Shown here: in pieces, positions 51,488-63,168 of the stretch
How the letters are laid out: each line of letters opens with the position of its first letter
Numbering within the stretch: the stretch's first letter is position 1
Source: Chiloscyllium plagiosum
Lineage: Eukaryota
Length of the DNA: 64,000 nucleotides
Direction: 5' to 3'
NCBI RefSeq assembly: GCF_004010195.1
Contig: NC_057751.1
Location: forward strand, 15,182,597 to 15,246,596
The notes under the pieces: model-generated
Databases searched by the model: none
The model's input: the letters and a program-made list of their open reading frames with translations, nothing else
Told to the model about the DNA's origin: nothing
Position numbers and translations under genes: made by a program

Positions 51488-53100
51488 GTAAGATAATTTG
51501 ACTCAATCCACTTGCCGACTCTGATTCTCCTTCTCTGTCCCCCTGATTAAACCAGTGAAGTGTCTGTGTCAGAGCAGCATGCATTTGATTTCTTCTGTTG
51601 TGTTTGCAGTCCTTTTCTTTCCAGTATTTTGTCACGAGGAATTGGTAGGATATTCCTGAGTTGATGGGAAACAGGGCCAAATCTTCAGATTGTGATTTTT
51701 TTTCTCTTAGTCATCTAACTCGTGCACCATTTTAAACTCTCACTTTCCTTTGGGAGTGCAGTGTAAAAACTGAATTGGAAAGGACCATCAATGCAGTTGA
51801 TCTGTCCAGTGGAAGTGCATTTGGTCTCATTTTGGGATTGAAAGCTCTGTACCAGATTATAGCATGGTTAATTTCCCCTCGTTCACCTCTCTGTAATTTC
51901 TGACAGGACTGTTACGTATATAAGTATCTGTGAGAATTCTGTTTTCATGTTTCTTGTATGAGAGGCCACTGTGAGAGCTCTAGTTGTTCTGTACTGTATT
52001 TACTCACCGGAACACCACTGGCAATATTGCTAACATATACACTCTGCTACTATTGCATTGTTCTACAGTTTGGCTTTGTGCTGTTACTGCTGACCTTGAG
52101 TAACTTGGGTTATCTGCCAAAACTCTCAGCATAGTTCAGGACTTCAGTTTGTGTTAGAGTATCAGTCAACTTGTACTGCATAGCAGTAAAGCCCCAATTC
52201 CCTCTGCAACCTATGATTTCCATGGTAACCCAAGAGAATTAAACTTCATGTTCTGTGGTGTTTGGTAGTTGGTGCAGAATCTGTTACTTTTCAGTGAGTG
52301 GCAAAGCTTCATACCTGGAGCTGAGTGTCTCAGCTGCATGTATTCAAAGCTGCGATCTCATTGTGGAGGATCAATAGAGTAGAGTCACTGTGAACAGTGT
52401 TTCCGGGATAAGCAACCTCTCTACTTCCTTTAGATGAAATATGAAAAATTGAAAGAAAAGGTAACCTTAGGCTACCAAATCTCTTAATTGTCTTAAGCAT
52501 CTGAATGCGATCAGAATTATTCATGAAGAACAACATTTGGGACATCACTGAAGGGTGGTGTTGAACTTTGAGCTAAACCTGTTGCAGGGGTAGGAGGCTG
52601 CCATGGAGACATCCAGTGGTTTTGTTCTGTGGTTGCTCAGTATGTCAGTTTTATTTTTTGTTCATTCTTCTTTAGCATTTAATAAATAGAACTTTGCAGG
52701 CAGCCCTGGCTTGATTGCTGTTATATCTTTAGGCCACATTGATCTGTTAAGCACTCCATCGTGGAGGGAGGTGCTCCAGATCTGTGTCTTGATTTGCAGA
52801 GCAATCTGTCTGAATAGTAAAGTGAGCTAGAAAGTCCAGCAGCAGGAGAATGATTCATAAGCGTTGGTGGTAGAGGGAGAGTGGAAGGATGCGAAACAAC
52901 CCACACCACTATGATTTGCAAATTTGCATTACATCACTTCCAAAAAATATTTCACTTTGTACGAGTTTATTGACTCCTGCTTTATTGGTGAAATGGAGTT
53001 AACGTATTGAATTTTGGATTAGACCATATATAGTTGGATAACGTGTAACGTCACTGAACTGAAATACGGACGACTACGGACAGGCTGTTTTGATATTCAG

Positions 53101-53232
53101 GCAGAAGTGGGTACTGCAGATGCTGGAGATTAGAGTCAAGATTAGAGTGGTGCTGGAAAAGCACAGCAGATCAGGCAGCATTCGAGGAGCAGGAAAATTG
53201 GCATTTGAGGCAAAGGCCCTTCCTCAGGAATG
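53101..53232 (-). mobile_element. 132-bp Penelope-like terminal fragment
   Basis: Reverse complement of the same terminus seen at 56480-56600; 11-bp TSD TTGATATTCAG at 53090-53100 and 53233-53243. Confidence 0.85.
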
Positions 53233-53326
53233 TTGATATTCAGTATGTTTTATCTTGGTGTTGCTGCCAGTGGCAAAGGGAGGACCCCCTTTGATTATGC
53301 TTCTTCATATGCTTTTTTTTTTACAG

Positions 53327-53479
53327 GAGTTTACCACCTCTGGCTCTTCAAATACTGACACGGGCAAAGCCACAGGCAGTCTGGAAACCAAATACAAGCT
53401 AAAAGAGTACGGACTAACCTTCACTGAAAAATGGAATACTGATAATGTTTTATCCAGTGAAATAACCATCGAAGATCAG
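53327..53479 (+). CDS. VDAC3: VDAC3 coding exon, [51 protein letters not shown]
   Basis: 153 nt, T-rich acceptor ttacag, donor gtaggt; porin motif [12 protein letters not shown]. Confidence 0.98.
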
Positions 53480-54424
53480 GTAGGTGCTGCATGTTTTTAC
53501 TAAGTTCAAATTATACTGTATGCTGTGGTGGGATTTGAATCTGGGTCCCCAGAACATTCCTTGGGTGTCTGGATTAACACCTTAGAAGAGTACCGCTGTG
53601 CCATTGGGTGTTATCCCTAGGTGGCTAAGACTGTCCAAACCAAAACATACTTTATCTTTTGTGGCCTAAAATCTTGGTGGAAATTCCAAGTCGGAAAGAC
53701 ATATTGTGTGGCAAGTGGAAAAATTGGTACAGGTATGAGTCTCTTCTGCACACCGCTGAAACAGAAAAAGTGGGGTGGATGTTTACTATAACTCACTGAA
53801 GGCAGTGCTTAATTGGAACATAGTGTAGGGTGAGCGAGAGTCATCTGACTCATGAAAACGTTTGATGGGCTGTGAAGAAAAAGTTTAACTCTGCGCCTAA
53901 ACTGTGCTTTACTCCCGAAGAGCAGGATGATGTCCTCAGTGTTGCTGCAGAGTAGTGCCTCTCCTTCCGCAGTGTGGGTTCCACAGCTCAGTGGTTGGAA
54001 ATTTCTGCCAGGCTTGGCAAAAAAACTGCAGTGTTAGGACAGTCTGGAGCTATACCTGTGTTCATAATTTGATACTTATTAATGTTATGCTGTTGTAAAG
54101 CACCCCAGAAGAGCTGGGCATCCAGGTTTTGCACTGTTGCTGGTTTCATCAGGTCTGATGAGTATGTAGATCTGATTTTGCTGAGGATATTACAGTTGTT
54201 GGGAGGACATGACAACATTTGAACATTAAGTACCAGAGTCTTGGGGAATTCGTTAAGCAGCAAAGACCAAACTTCCAAGAATTGTTGGCAAGTTTTTCCA
54301 GCCAGTGAGTAATTATGGAGTCCAATCAAAGTTGCCAGAAATGTGATTTGTTGCACAGTAAGCGCCAACAAGATAAATCAGCATATTGCTTTTGAATATA
54401 TGGGTTGAAGGATGACACCCTCAG

Positions 54425-54625
54425 ACATATCCTGCTCGATTTGAAGTGCCACGGAATCGTCTGTGGCCATCTGTGGGCCTTGGTTTAATATCCCATCTGA
54501 AAGACAGCACTTGTGGAAGTGCAGCTTCCCTCAAAATGAAACTTGAATGTCAGTCTAGATAATTGAGGCTTGGCCCCACAATTTCAGACTGTGGTGAGTG
54601 TGCAACCTGTTGAGCAAGCACTGAT
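54425..54625 (-). mobile_element. Deu-domain SINE fragment
   Basis: gggccttggtttaatatcccatctgaaagacagcac...gtgcagc.tccctca; similar fragments at ~57860-58110 and ~62520-62710. Confidence 0.55.
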
Positions 54626-54785
54626 GAATGAATTGTAAAATTTCCATGAATAAAAGGCTCAGATGTTTGTAAACGTTATCGCAACACACATTTCACCTTC
54701 TTGTATCTATTTGAAAATGCTTTTGATAGTGTTAAGCATAACATACACCAAAAAACTAACTTCTCTTTGGTCTGTTTTCTCACAG

Positions 54786-54838
54786 CTTGCTAAAGGACTA
54801 AAGCTGACTTTTGACACGACATTTGTACCAAATACAGG
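54786..54838 (+). CDS. VDAC3: VDAC3 coding exon, LAKGLKLTFDTTFVPNT(G)
   Basis: 53 nt, cacag acceptor, gtaag donor. FVPNTG is the VDAC3-type form; VDAC1 and VDAC2 have FSPNTG. Confidence 0.97.
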
Positions 54839-55349
54839 GTAAGATTTTAATTTTTATGTTTGGTTCAGCCATGGTGGAGATAGGGTTTGCATAGTCACCC
54901 TAATGATTCCACTTGTAATGTGTGCAGTCCCACTTCAGTGAGTAATGTTGTATCATCGGCATGGGTCAGTGAGCTTGTGTAGGTTTTCTTAAGGTGTCAG
55001 AGGTGAGGCAGGGAAGGGAGGTGCGCTTGTGACTGACTGGAAAACAATAATGATGTTGGATGTGAGAGCCCAATTGAGTGTGGTTGCTAACGAGTTTTGG
55101 AGGAAGCCTTTAGTATTTATGCAGCACTTTTTAATAAAATGAAAGGCAATTGACACGAGCATTTTTAAAGCAAAGTTTGCCACTGAGCTACATGGGTTTA
55201 TTGGTAGGTTTAAAGGAGTACCTTCAAGGAAGAAAATGATGTACCCCGAGAAGGAATTCCATGGTCTGGGGCTCAGGCAATTGAAGGCATGTCGAACACT
55301 GGAGCAAGGAAAATCTTAAATGCCCAAAAGACTGCATTTTGTTAATGCA

Positions 55350-55623
55350 GAGATTAGATTAGGTTCCCTACAGTGTGGAAACAGGCCCTTCGGCCCAACC
55401 AGTCCACACCGACCCTCCGAAGAGTAACCCACCCAGACCCATTTCCCTCTGACTAATGCATCTAACACTATGGGCAATTTAGCATGGCTAATTTACCCTG
55501 ACCTGCACATCTTTGGACTGTGGGAGGAAACCTACGCAGACACTGGGAGAATGTGCAAACTGGCTGGAATCGAACCTGGGACCCTGGTGCTGTGAGGCTG
55601 CAGTGCTAACCACTGAGCCACCA
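55350..55623 (-). mobile_element. HE1-type V-SINE
   Basis: GGTGGCTCAGTGGTTAGCAC A box, GGTTCGATTCC B box, V-domain-like core and (TAATC)n tail. Confidence 0.9.
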
Positions 55624-55629
55624 TGAGAT

Positions 55630-56602
55630 TCTCCCAATTCCTTCGTCTCCGCCGCATCTGCTCCCAGGAGGACCAGTTCAAAATACGTACAACACAGATG
55701 GCCTCCTTCTTCAAGGACCGCAATTTCCCCCCCGACGTGGTCGACGGTGCCCTCCACCGCATCTCCTCCACTTCCCGCTCCTCCGCCCTTGAGCCCCGCC
55801 CCTCCAACCGCCACCAGGACTGAACCCCACTGGTCCTCACCTACCACCCCACCAATCTCCATGTACAGCGCATCATCCGCCGTCACTTCCGCCACCTCCA
55901 AACAGACCCCAGCACCAAGGATATATTTCCCTCCCCTCCCCTATCAGCTTTCCGTAGAGACCACTCCCTCCGCGACTCCCTTGTCAGATCCACACCCCCC
56001 ACCGACCCAACCACCACTCCCGGCACCTTCCCTTGCAACCGCAGGAGGTGCAACACTTGCGCCCACACCTCCCCCCTCACCTCCCTCCAAGGCCCCAAAG
56101 GAAACTTCCATATCCGCCACAGATTCACCTGCACCTCCACCCACATCATCTACTGCATCCGCTGCAGCCGGTCTGGCCTCCTCTATATTGGGGAGACAGG
56201 CCGCCTACTTGCGGAGCGATTCAGAGAGCACCCCTGGGCCACCCGGACGAACCAACCAACCAGTTTCTTCATCCCCCCTCCCCCCACCCTGTCTCAGCCG
56301 GATCCCTCCCGCCCGGCACCGCCTTCCTGCCCTGCAGTCTTCTTCTTGCCCTCTCCGCCTCCACCCTACTCCGACCTATCACCTTCACCTTTACCTCTTT
56401 CCACCTATCACATTTCCAACGCCCCTCCTCCATGTCCCTCCTCCCTACCTTTTATCTTCTCCTGCTGAACACTCTCTGCTCATTCCTGAAGAAGGGCCTG
56501 TGCCCGAAACGTCGAATCTCCTGTTCCGTGGATGCTGCCTGACCTGCTGTGCTGTTCCAGCAATAAAGTTTCAACTTTGATCTCCAGCATCTGCAGACCT
56601 CT
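55630..56602 (+). mobile_element. 5'-truncated Penelope-like retroelement with GIY-YIG endonuclease
   Basis: Frame FSQFLRLRRICS...HQD*TPLVLTYHP...PCNRRRCNTC...FTCTSTHIIYCIRCSRSGLLYIGETGRLLAERFREH with one stop at 55821; 12-bp TSD CCACCATGAGAT at 55618-55629 and 56603-56614. Confidence 0.93.
56482..56517 (+). ncRNA. Minimal type I hammerhead ribozyme motif in the Penelope terminus
   Basis: ATTC-CTGAAGA-A-GGGC-CTGT-GCCC-GAAAC-GTC-GAAT: stem I ATTC/GAAT, core CUGANGA and GAAA, stem II GGGC/GCCC, GUC triplet. Confidence 0.7.
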
Positions 56603-57583
56603 CCACCATGAGATGTTGGAGAGTTGTGCGACTGGGGGAGGTTTCAGACTTGTGGAGGGGTGAGGCCGTGTATAGATTTGTAGACAAGCATTAACATACC
56701 TAACTTAAGTCATTGCTTGACTGTGACTCTATGTCGGTCATCGAGTGTGGCGGATGATCAGAGAATGGAGCTCGCTGTGAGTTATGAGGGTTGCAGAAAT
56801 TTGGATGCGCTAAAGTTTATGGAGGGTAGAATATGAGATGCTGGTTGGATGTGCAATGGAATGGTTTGCTGTAGAAGTGAGGGTTTCTTCAATTGATTGT
56901 CAGGTGGTATCACAGAAGTGGAATTAAATGGTCTTAGAGTTGAACCAAAATTAACCACTGTTGCCACATTCACGACAGATGGAGATGTTTGATTTGTATT
57001 CACTGTTATACTCGTAGTGGACTAGGGTGTTGAATTGCAGGTTATCGATCCCAGTAGAGTTTTAATGCAGACCATGTAACATCTTAAACTGTAGCTTTCG
57101 GATCTGCCGCATGGTATCATGTTAGGTTTAAGTCGAAAGAAGGAAAAGATCTGTCATGTATTCCTGACTTTTGGAGGTGGAGGAGTAGCAAAGAGAACAT
57201 AATTCCAAGGTTTCTCATCATTGCTAGAAGCATCACTGACCTTGTGCCTGACGAAGCTGTCCATATGGAAGTGGAGCATGTGGCTGTATCTTAGGAGCTG
57301 TCCCAGTTGATGTGAAGTGTTAACAGGTGTCCAGTGATCCAGATGTTACATGCAAGAGCATTTTGTGGACTCGGGCTGGACTGTGATCTCTTTTCAGGTT
57401 AGAGAGCCAGCTGACACTGACTAGCCATGATGAATGGGCACCTTGGGACTGATAGGAGAAATCTCTGTGGCAATATACCAAAAGGAAGAAACTCATTAGA
57501 GGAGCTGGGGGACAATCCCAGCTCTACACTTCGACACATTTGTTGTCAGTAATGTTCTGGATGTGTCTTTTGTGTGCCGACAG

Positions 57584-57811
57584 TAAGAAGAGTGGAAAGC
57601 TGAAGACTGCCTACAAACGAGACTACGTGAACCTGGGCTGTGATATTGATTTTGACTTTGCTGGCCCCACCATCCACAGCATGGCTGTGTTGGGCTATGA
57701 GGGCTGGTTTATTGGGCACCAGATGGCCTTTGACACTGCCAAATCCAAGCTGGCACAGAACAACTTCTCTCTGGGCCATAAAGCAGGGGACTTCCAATTG
57801 CATACCCATGT
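57584..57811 (+). CDS. VDAC3: VDAC3 coding exon, KKSGKLKTAYKRDYVNLGCDIDFDFAGPTIHSMAVLGYEGWFIGHQMAFDTAKSKLAQNNFSLGHKAGDFQLHTH(V)
   Basis: 228 nt, gacag acceptor, gtaagt donor. FDTAKSKL.QNNF and DFQLHTHV are VDAC3-type. Confidence 0.98.
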
Positions 57812-58139
57812 GTAAGTACATTAGAGAAAAGAGATGGCTGTAATTTTTAAGAAAAAAACTTTCATTAATGTCACCATTTGTGACCACTGGTGACCCAAAG
57901 CATTTTACAGGTGTTGAAATTCATTGTTGAGTTTGGAAATGGGAGAGACAGTATGTTTGTAATAATCATCCAGCCAGAATCTGTTTTTGAAATGTGGCTG
58001 AGGGGTAAATATTAACTGGGGGACCAGAAATCGTTCAGTTTCTCCTCTTTGAATTACTGCCTTGGGATTTTGTTTTATATCCACCTAAACATTTGGGGCT
58101 TTAGTTTATCATTTATGAACTCATGTGAAGTAGATATTG

Positions 58140-58572
58140 TTCACTAGGCCAGCATTTATTGGCTATCCCTAATTGCTTTGAAAGACATCATGGTGTGCTG
58201 TGTTCTTGAGCCACTATAGTCTGTTGTTGAGGGAGGATGTCCCAGTTACTGTGAAGAAATGGTCATATATTTCCCAGTCATGGGGATGCATGGCTTGGAG
58301 AGGAATGTGCAAATGGTGTCCTTCTAAAGTGGTAGAGGTCCCAGGTTTGCAAGATATTGTCCCAAAGAGCCTGAGTGAGTACTTGCAGTGTGTCTTGTAT
58401 GTGGTGCAGCCAGTATGCATCAGTGTTGGATGTAGTGAACATTGAAGGTGTTAGATTGGGTGCTGATGAAATAGGCTGCTTTGTGTTGGATGGTGTTGAG
58501 CTTTTTCCAGTGTTGTTTGAGGGTTGTAGCCCACCAACCAAATAATCAGTCTTCTATCACACTCCTGACTTG
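58140..58572 (-). mobile_element. CR1/L2-clade LINE 3' part (continues at 61885-62470)
   Basis: ggccagcatttattggctatccctaattgc tail; reverse complement of the 26850-27340 family. Confidence 0.7.
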
Positions 58573-61500
58573 ATGCGGAGGTGCCAGTGTTGGACTGGGG
58601 TGGACAAAGTAAAAATCACATGACACCAGATTATAGTCCAACAGGTTTATTTGAAAGTACCAACTTTCTTCTTCTGCTGCTCCTTCGTCATGTAACTTGT
58701 GGGGCAGGATCATAAGAGAATTTAAAGCAAAAAAATCGTAGTGTCATGCAACTGGAACTATTGAACACACCTAGATTGTTGTAAAGTCTTCAATCTTTTA
58801 GAATAGGTTGATGGTGTCGATTCATTAATATCGTTAGTAGCCAAGTTCAGTACCCATGAGGGTGGCCTTAACTGGTTCCTTGGGTTCATGTCATATGACA
58901 GGTGACCCCATAACACTAGGCACTGTCACTCAACCACACACGCACGCACGCTCGCTCGCTCTCTTTCTCTCACATGCTCACAATCACACAGACCCTCTCT
59001 CAGACATTAGCTGTCTCTCAGGCACCCACACGTACACCGAGCACACTCTTGCCCTCGGACACACCTTCTCACAGGTTTACACTCTGCCACACTCATGCAT
59101 ACATGCACTCACACACGTTCACATACTCTCTCGCTTCTCTCCCTTTCTCTGTTTTGCACCCCCCAACCACATATTTGCATTTAGAGTCACAGAGATGTAC
59201 AGCACGAAAACAGACCCAACTCTTCCATGCCAACCAGATAGCCTAACCTAATCTAGTCCCATTTGCTTGCACTTGGCTCACATCCCTCTAAACCCTTCCT
59301 ATTCACGGATTCCTGTGCCAGCTCATTCCATACACGCACCATCCTCTGCGTGAAAAACTTGCTCCTTAGATCTCTTTTAAATTTTTCCCCTCTCACCCTT
59401 AACCTGTATCCTCTAATTCTGGACTATCCCACCCCAGGGAAAAGACCTTGTCTATTTATCCTATTCATGCCTCTGATGATGTTATAAACCTCTATAAGGT
59501 CACCTCTCAGCCTCCAACTGGAACAAAGAACAAAAAAAACTTCCAGAACATTTTGGCCCTCCAAGCCTGACCCGATCCAAATCCTCTGTCTGTAGCTCAA
59601 ACCCTCCAACCCTGGCAACATGCTTATGAATCGACTGAACTCTTTCAAGTTTCACAACATCCTTCCAATAGGAGGGGTCTAGAATTGCACAGGATATTCC
59701 AAAAGTGGCCTAAGCAAAGTTCTGTACTGCCACAAAATGACCTGCCAACTCCTTTACTCAATACTCTGACCAATAAAGGAAAGCATACCAAATACCTCCT
59801 CCACTATCCTATCGACCTGCGACTCCACTTTCAAGAACCTGCACTCCAAGGTCTCTTTGTTCAGCAACACTCCCCAGAACCTTACCATTAAGTGTATAAG
59901 TCCTGCTCTGATTTGATTTTTCCAAAATGCAGCACCTCACGTTTATCTAAATTAAACTCCATCTGCCACTCCTCAGCCAGTTGGCCCATCCGATCAAAAT
60001 CCTGTTGCACTCTGAGGTAACCTTCTTCACTGTCCACTACACCTCCAATTTTGATTTCATTTGCAAACTTACTAACTATACCTATTATGATGACATCCAA
60101 ATCAGCACCAATTCTTGTGGCACTCCATTGGTCACAGGCCTCCAGTCTGAAAAACAACCCTCCACCACCACCCTCTGTCTTCTACCTTTGAGCCAGTCCT
60201 GTATCCAAATGGCTAGTTCTCCCTGTATTCCGTGAGATCTAACCTTGTGAACAGTCTGCCATGAAGAACCTTGTTACTGAAGTCCATATATAGATCACGT
60301 CCATTGCTCTGCCTTCATCAATCCTGTTTGTTACTTGTTTGAAAAACTTAATCAAGTTTGTGAGACATGATTTCCCACACACAAAGCTAAGTTGACTACT
60401 CATAATCAGTCCTTGCCTTTCCAAATACATGTAAATTCTGTCCCTCAGGATTCCCTCCAACAATTGGTCCTCCGCTGATGTCAGGCTCACTGGTCTATAG
60501 TTTCCTGGCTTCTCTTGAGCACCTTTCTTAAATAGTGGCACAACGTTAGCCAACCTCCAGTCTTCTGGCAACTCATCTGTAACTGTGGATGATTCAAATA
60601 TCTCAGCAAGGAGCCCAGCAATCACTTCCCTAGCTTTCCACAGAGTTCTAGGAAACATATGATCAGGTCATGGGGATTTATCATCCACTTTTTTTTGTGT
60701 TTTGAGACATCCAGCACCACCACCTCGATAGTATGGATAGTTTTCAAGATGTCACCATCTATTTCCCCACATTGTATATCTTCCATGTCCTTCTCCACAG
60801 TAAACACTGATGCAAAATTCTTGTTTAGTATCTTCCCCCAACTACTGTGGTTCCATACAAAGGCTGCCTTGCTGATATTTGAGAGGCCCTTTTTCTCCCT
60901 ACCGTTTTGTCCTTAATGTATTTATAAAATCCCTTTGGATTCTCTTTAATCCTATTTGCCAAAGCTGTCTCATGTCCCCTTTTTGCCCTCCTGTTTCCCT
61001 CTCAAGAATGCTCCTACTGCCTTTTATACTCTTCTCAGGATTCACTCAATCTCTCCTCTCCCTGTCTGACATATATGCTTCTTTCTTTTTGTCAACCAAA
61101 ACCTCAATTTCTCCAGTCATTTAGCCTTCCCTCCATCTTCCAGCCTTGCCTGTTATCCTATCAAGGAACATACTGTTTCTGGACTTTCATTATCTCATTT
61201 TTGGAGGCTTCCCATTTTCTAGCAGTTCCTTTACCTGCCAACATCTGCACTCAATCAACCTTTGAAAGTTCTTGTCTAATACCGTCAAAATTCGCTTTCC
61301 TCCGATTTAGAACTTCAACTTTTAGAGCTGGTCTATCCCTTTTCATCACAATTTTACAACAAATAGAATTATGGTCGCTGGCCCCAAAGTGCTCCCCCAC
61401 TGACACCCCAATCACCTGCTTTGCCTTATTGCCCAAGAGCAGGTCAAGTTTTGCACCTTCTCTCATAGGGACACCCACATGCTGAACCAGAAAATTTTCT

Positions 61501-61884
61501 TGTATACACCTAAATTCTTCTCCATCTAAACCCTTAACGCTATGGCAGTCCCAGTCTATGTTTGAAAGAAGTTCTGTGATTTACATCTTAATGAACTGAA
61601 ACCTGCAACCCGTTCTAAAAGATGAAAGACTTAACAGCAATCTAGGTGTGGTCAGTATATCGTATCAGTTGCATGACACTTAAATATTTTGCTCAAAATT
61701 CTGTCTTATGACCTTGCGCCACTGGTTCCCTGATGAAGGAACAGTGCTGTGAAAGCTCGTACTTCCAAATAAACTTATTGGACTATAACCTGGTGTTGTT
61801 ATTTTCTAACCTAATTTATAGGCACAGAAATTAAATGATCAAACAAATGATGTGAGAGGAGTGTTGACAGGCTGAATACTACAT
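58573..61884. mobile_element. Penelope-like insertion with inverted termini, interrupted by CR1
   Basis: 58575-58810 and 61595-61810 are inverted copies; 11-bp TSD CTCCTGACTTG at 58562-58572 and 61885-61895. Confidence 0.75.
59183..61565 (-). mobile_element. CR1/HER1 LINE, ~2.4 kb (end of endonuclease domain, RT, tail)
   Basis: PMREGAKLDLLLGN...GEHFGASDHNSI, LPEDWRLANVVPLFKKG..EKPGNYRPVSLTS and GKSCLTNLIKFF. Confidence 0.93.
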
Positions 61885-63017
61885 CTCCTGACTTGTACCT
61901 TGTTGAGGGTGGACAGACTTTAGGGAGTCAGGAGGAGAGCTGCTATCTGCGGAGTTTCCAGATCCTGTTGTCCTCCAGTGCCTGCAGTTTTATGTTTCCG
62001 CCCAGATCAGTCTCTGACCTTGTGTTGGGGCAAAGATCATTCATTACACAATAAAGAATGGTTGCACCGAGGATATTACCCTGAGGAACTTCTGCAGAGA
62101 CACCCTGGGCCTGAAATTGTGAAACCTCAATGACCAGAACCATCTTCCGTTGTGCAAAGTATGAGTCCAACAAGTGGAGACTTCTCCCCCTGAATCCCAT
62201 TGTATTCAGTGTTGCAAGAGCTCCTTTAGGCTTCCTCTGTCAACCGCTGTCCTGATATCAAGGGCAGTGACCCTCACGCTGTGTCTTCAGTTCAGCTCTT
62301 TTGCCTGTGCTTGGACCTAGGCCGCTGTGAGATCAGGAGTGGAGTGGACCGTGAGGATTCCAGTCTGACTCTTATTGAGCAGGTTGTGTAGATAATGTTT
62401 ATAGCACTGTTGGCAAGACCTTTTAACACTTTGAGGATTGAAAGTTGACCAACAAGATGGTAATTGGCTGGCTTGAATTTGGCTTGTTTGTTGTTAACAG
62501 TGTAGTGACCTGCATTGGCAACACTGGCACCTCCCTCTCAGTGTCATGGAAAAGGTGTCCCTCCTGAAAGTCAGCTGTTCTGACAGTGCAGCACTCCTTC
62601 AGTCCTGCACTGGAAGTTGATCACGGAGTTTTGTGTTCAAAGCTGAAGTGGGCAGTAAACCTGAAAGCTTTTGACTAAAATAGGCTGCTATGTGTTGAAC
62701 TACACCTTACATGTTTGAAGGATGCCTCATTTCTTAACCTCCCTACCAGTGAGAATACAGTAGTTGCCCCTGATGATCCAATTCTATCAAGGTCTTCTGT
62801 ATCCTTTTAAATATTTGAGTGCTTGAGTTCTGGTTGCATACTGGCTTGAGCTGGTTGATTGGACGTAAAAGTCTTTGTTATTTAATACTGGCAGCCTGTT
62901 TCATTATGGAATCTGTCAAAAGCCCTTTTTAGTCTTTATTAGAACTGAAAGCAATTAATATGGTCATAATAATGATAACAAACACTGCTCAATTAAACTT
63001 TCTCGCTTCCCTCTCAG

Positions 63018-63168
63018 TAATGATGGTGCTGAGTTTGGTGGCTCAATTTACCAGAAATTGAATGACAAAGTGGAAACTGCTGTGAACCTCGCTTGGACTG
63101 CTGGTAGTAACAATACTCGTTTTGGGATTGCTGCCAAGTACCAAATTGACAGTGACACCTTTGTATCA
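63018..63168 (+). CDS. VDAC3: VDAC3 coding exon, [50 protein letters not shown]; the gene continues beyond the window
   Basis: 151 nt, ctctcag acceptor, gtgagt donor. [17 protein letters not shown] is VDAC3-type. Confidence 0.97.

Noticed and set aside
55747..56580. 277-aa Pro/Ser/Thr-rich ORF
   Set aside because: Alternative frame of the C-rich Penelope-like element; the meaningful frame is the GIY-YIG one.
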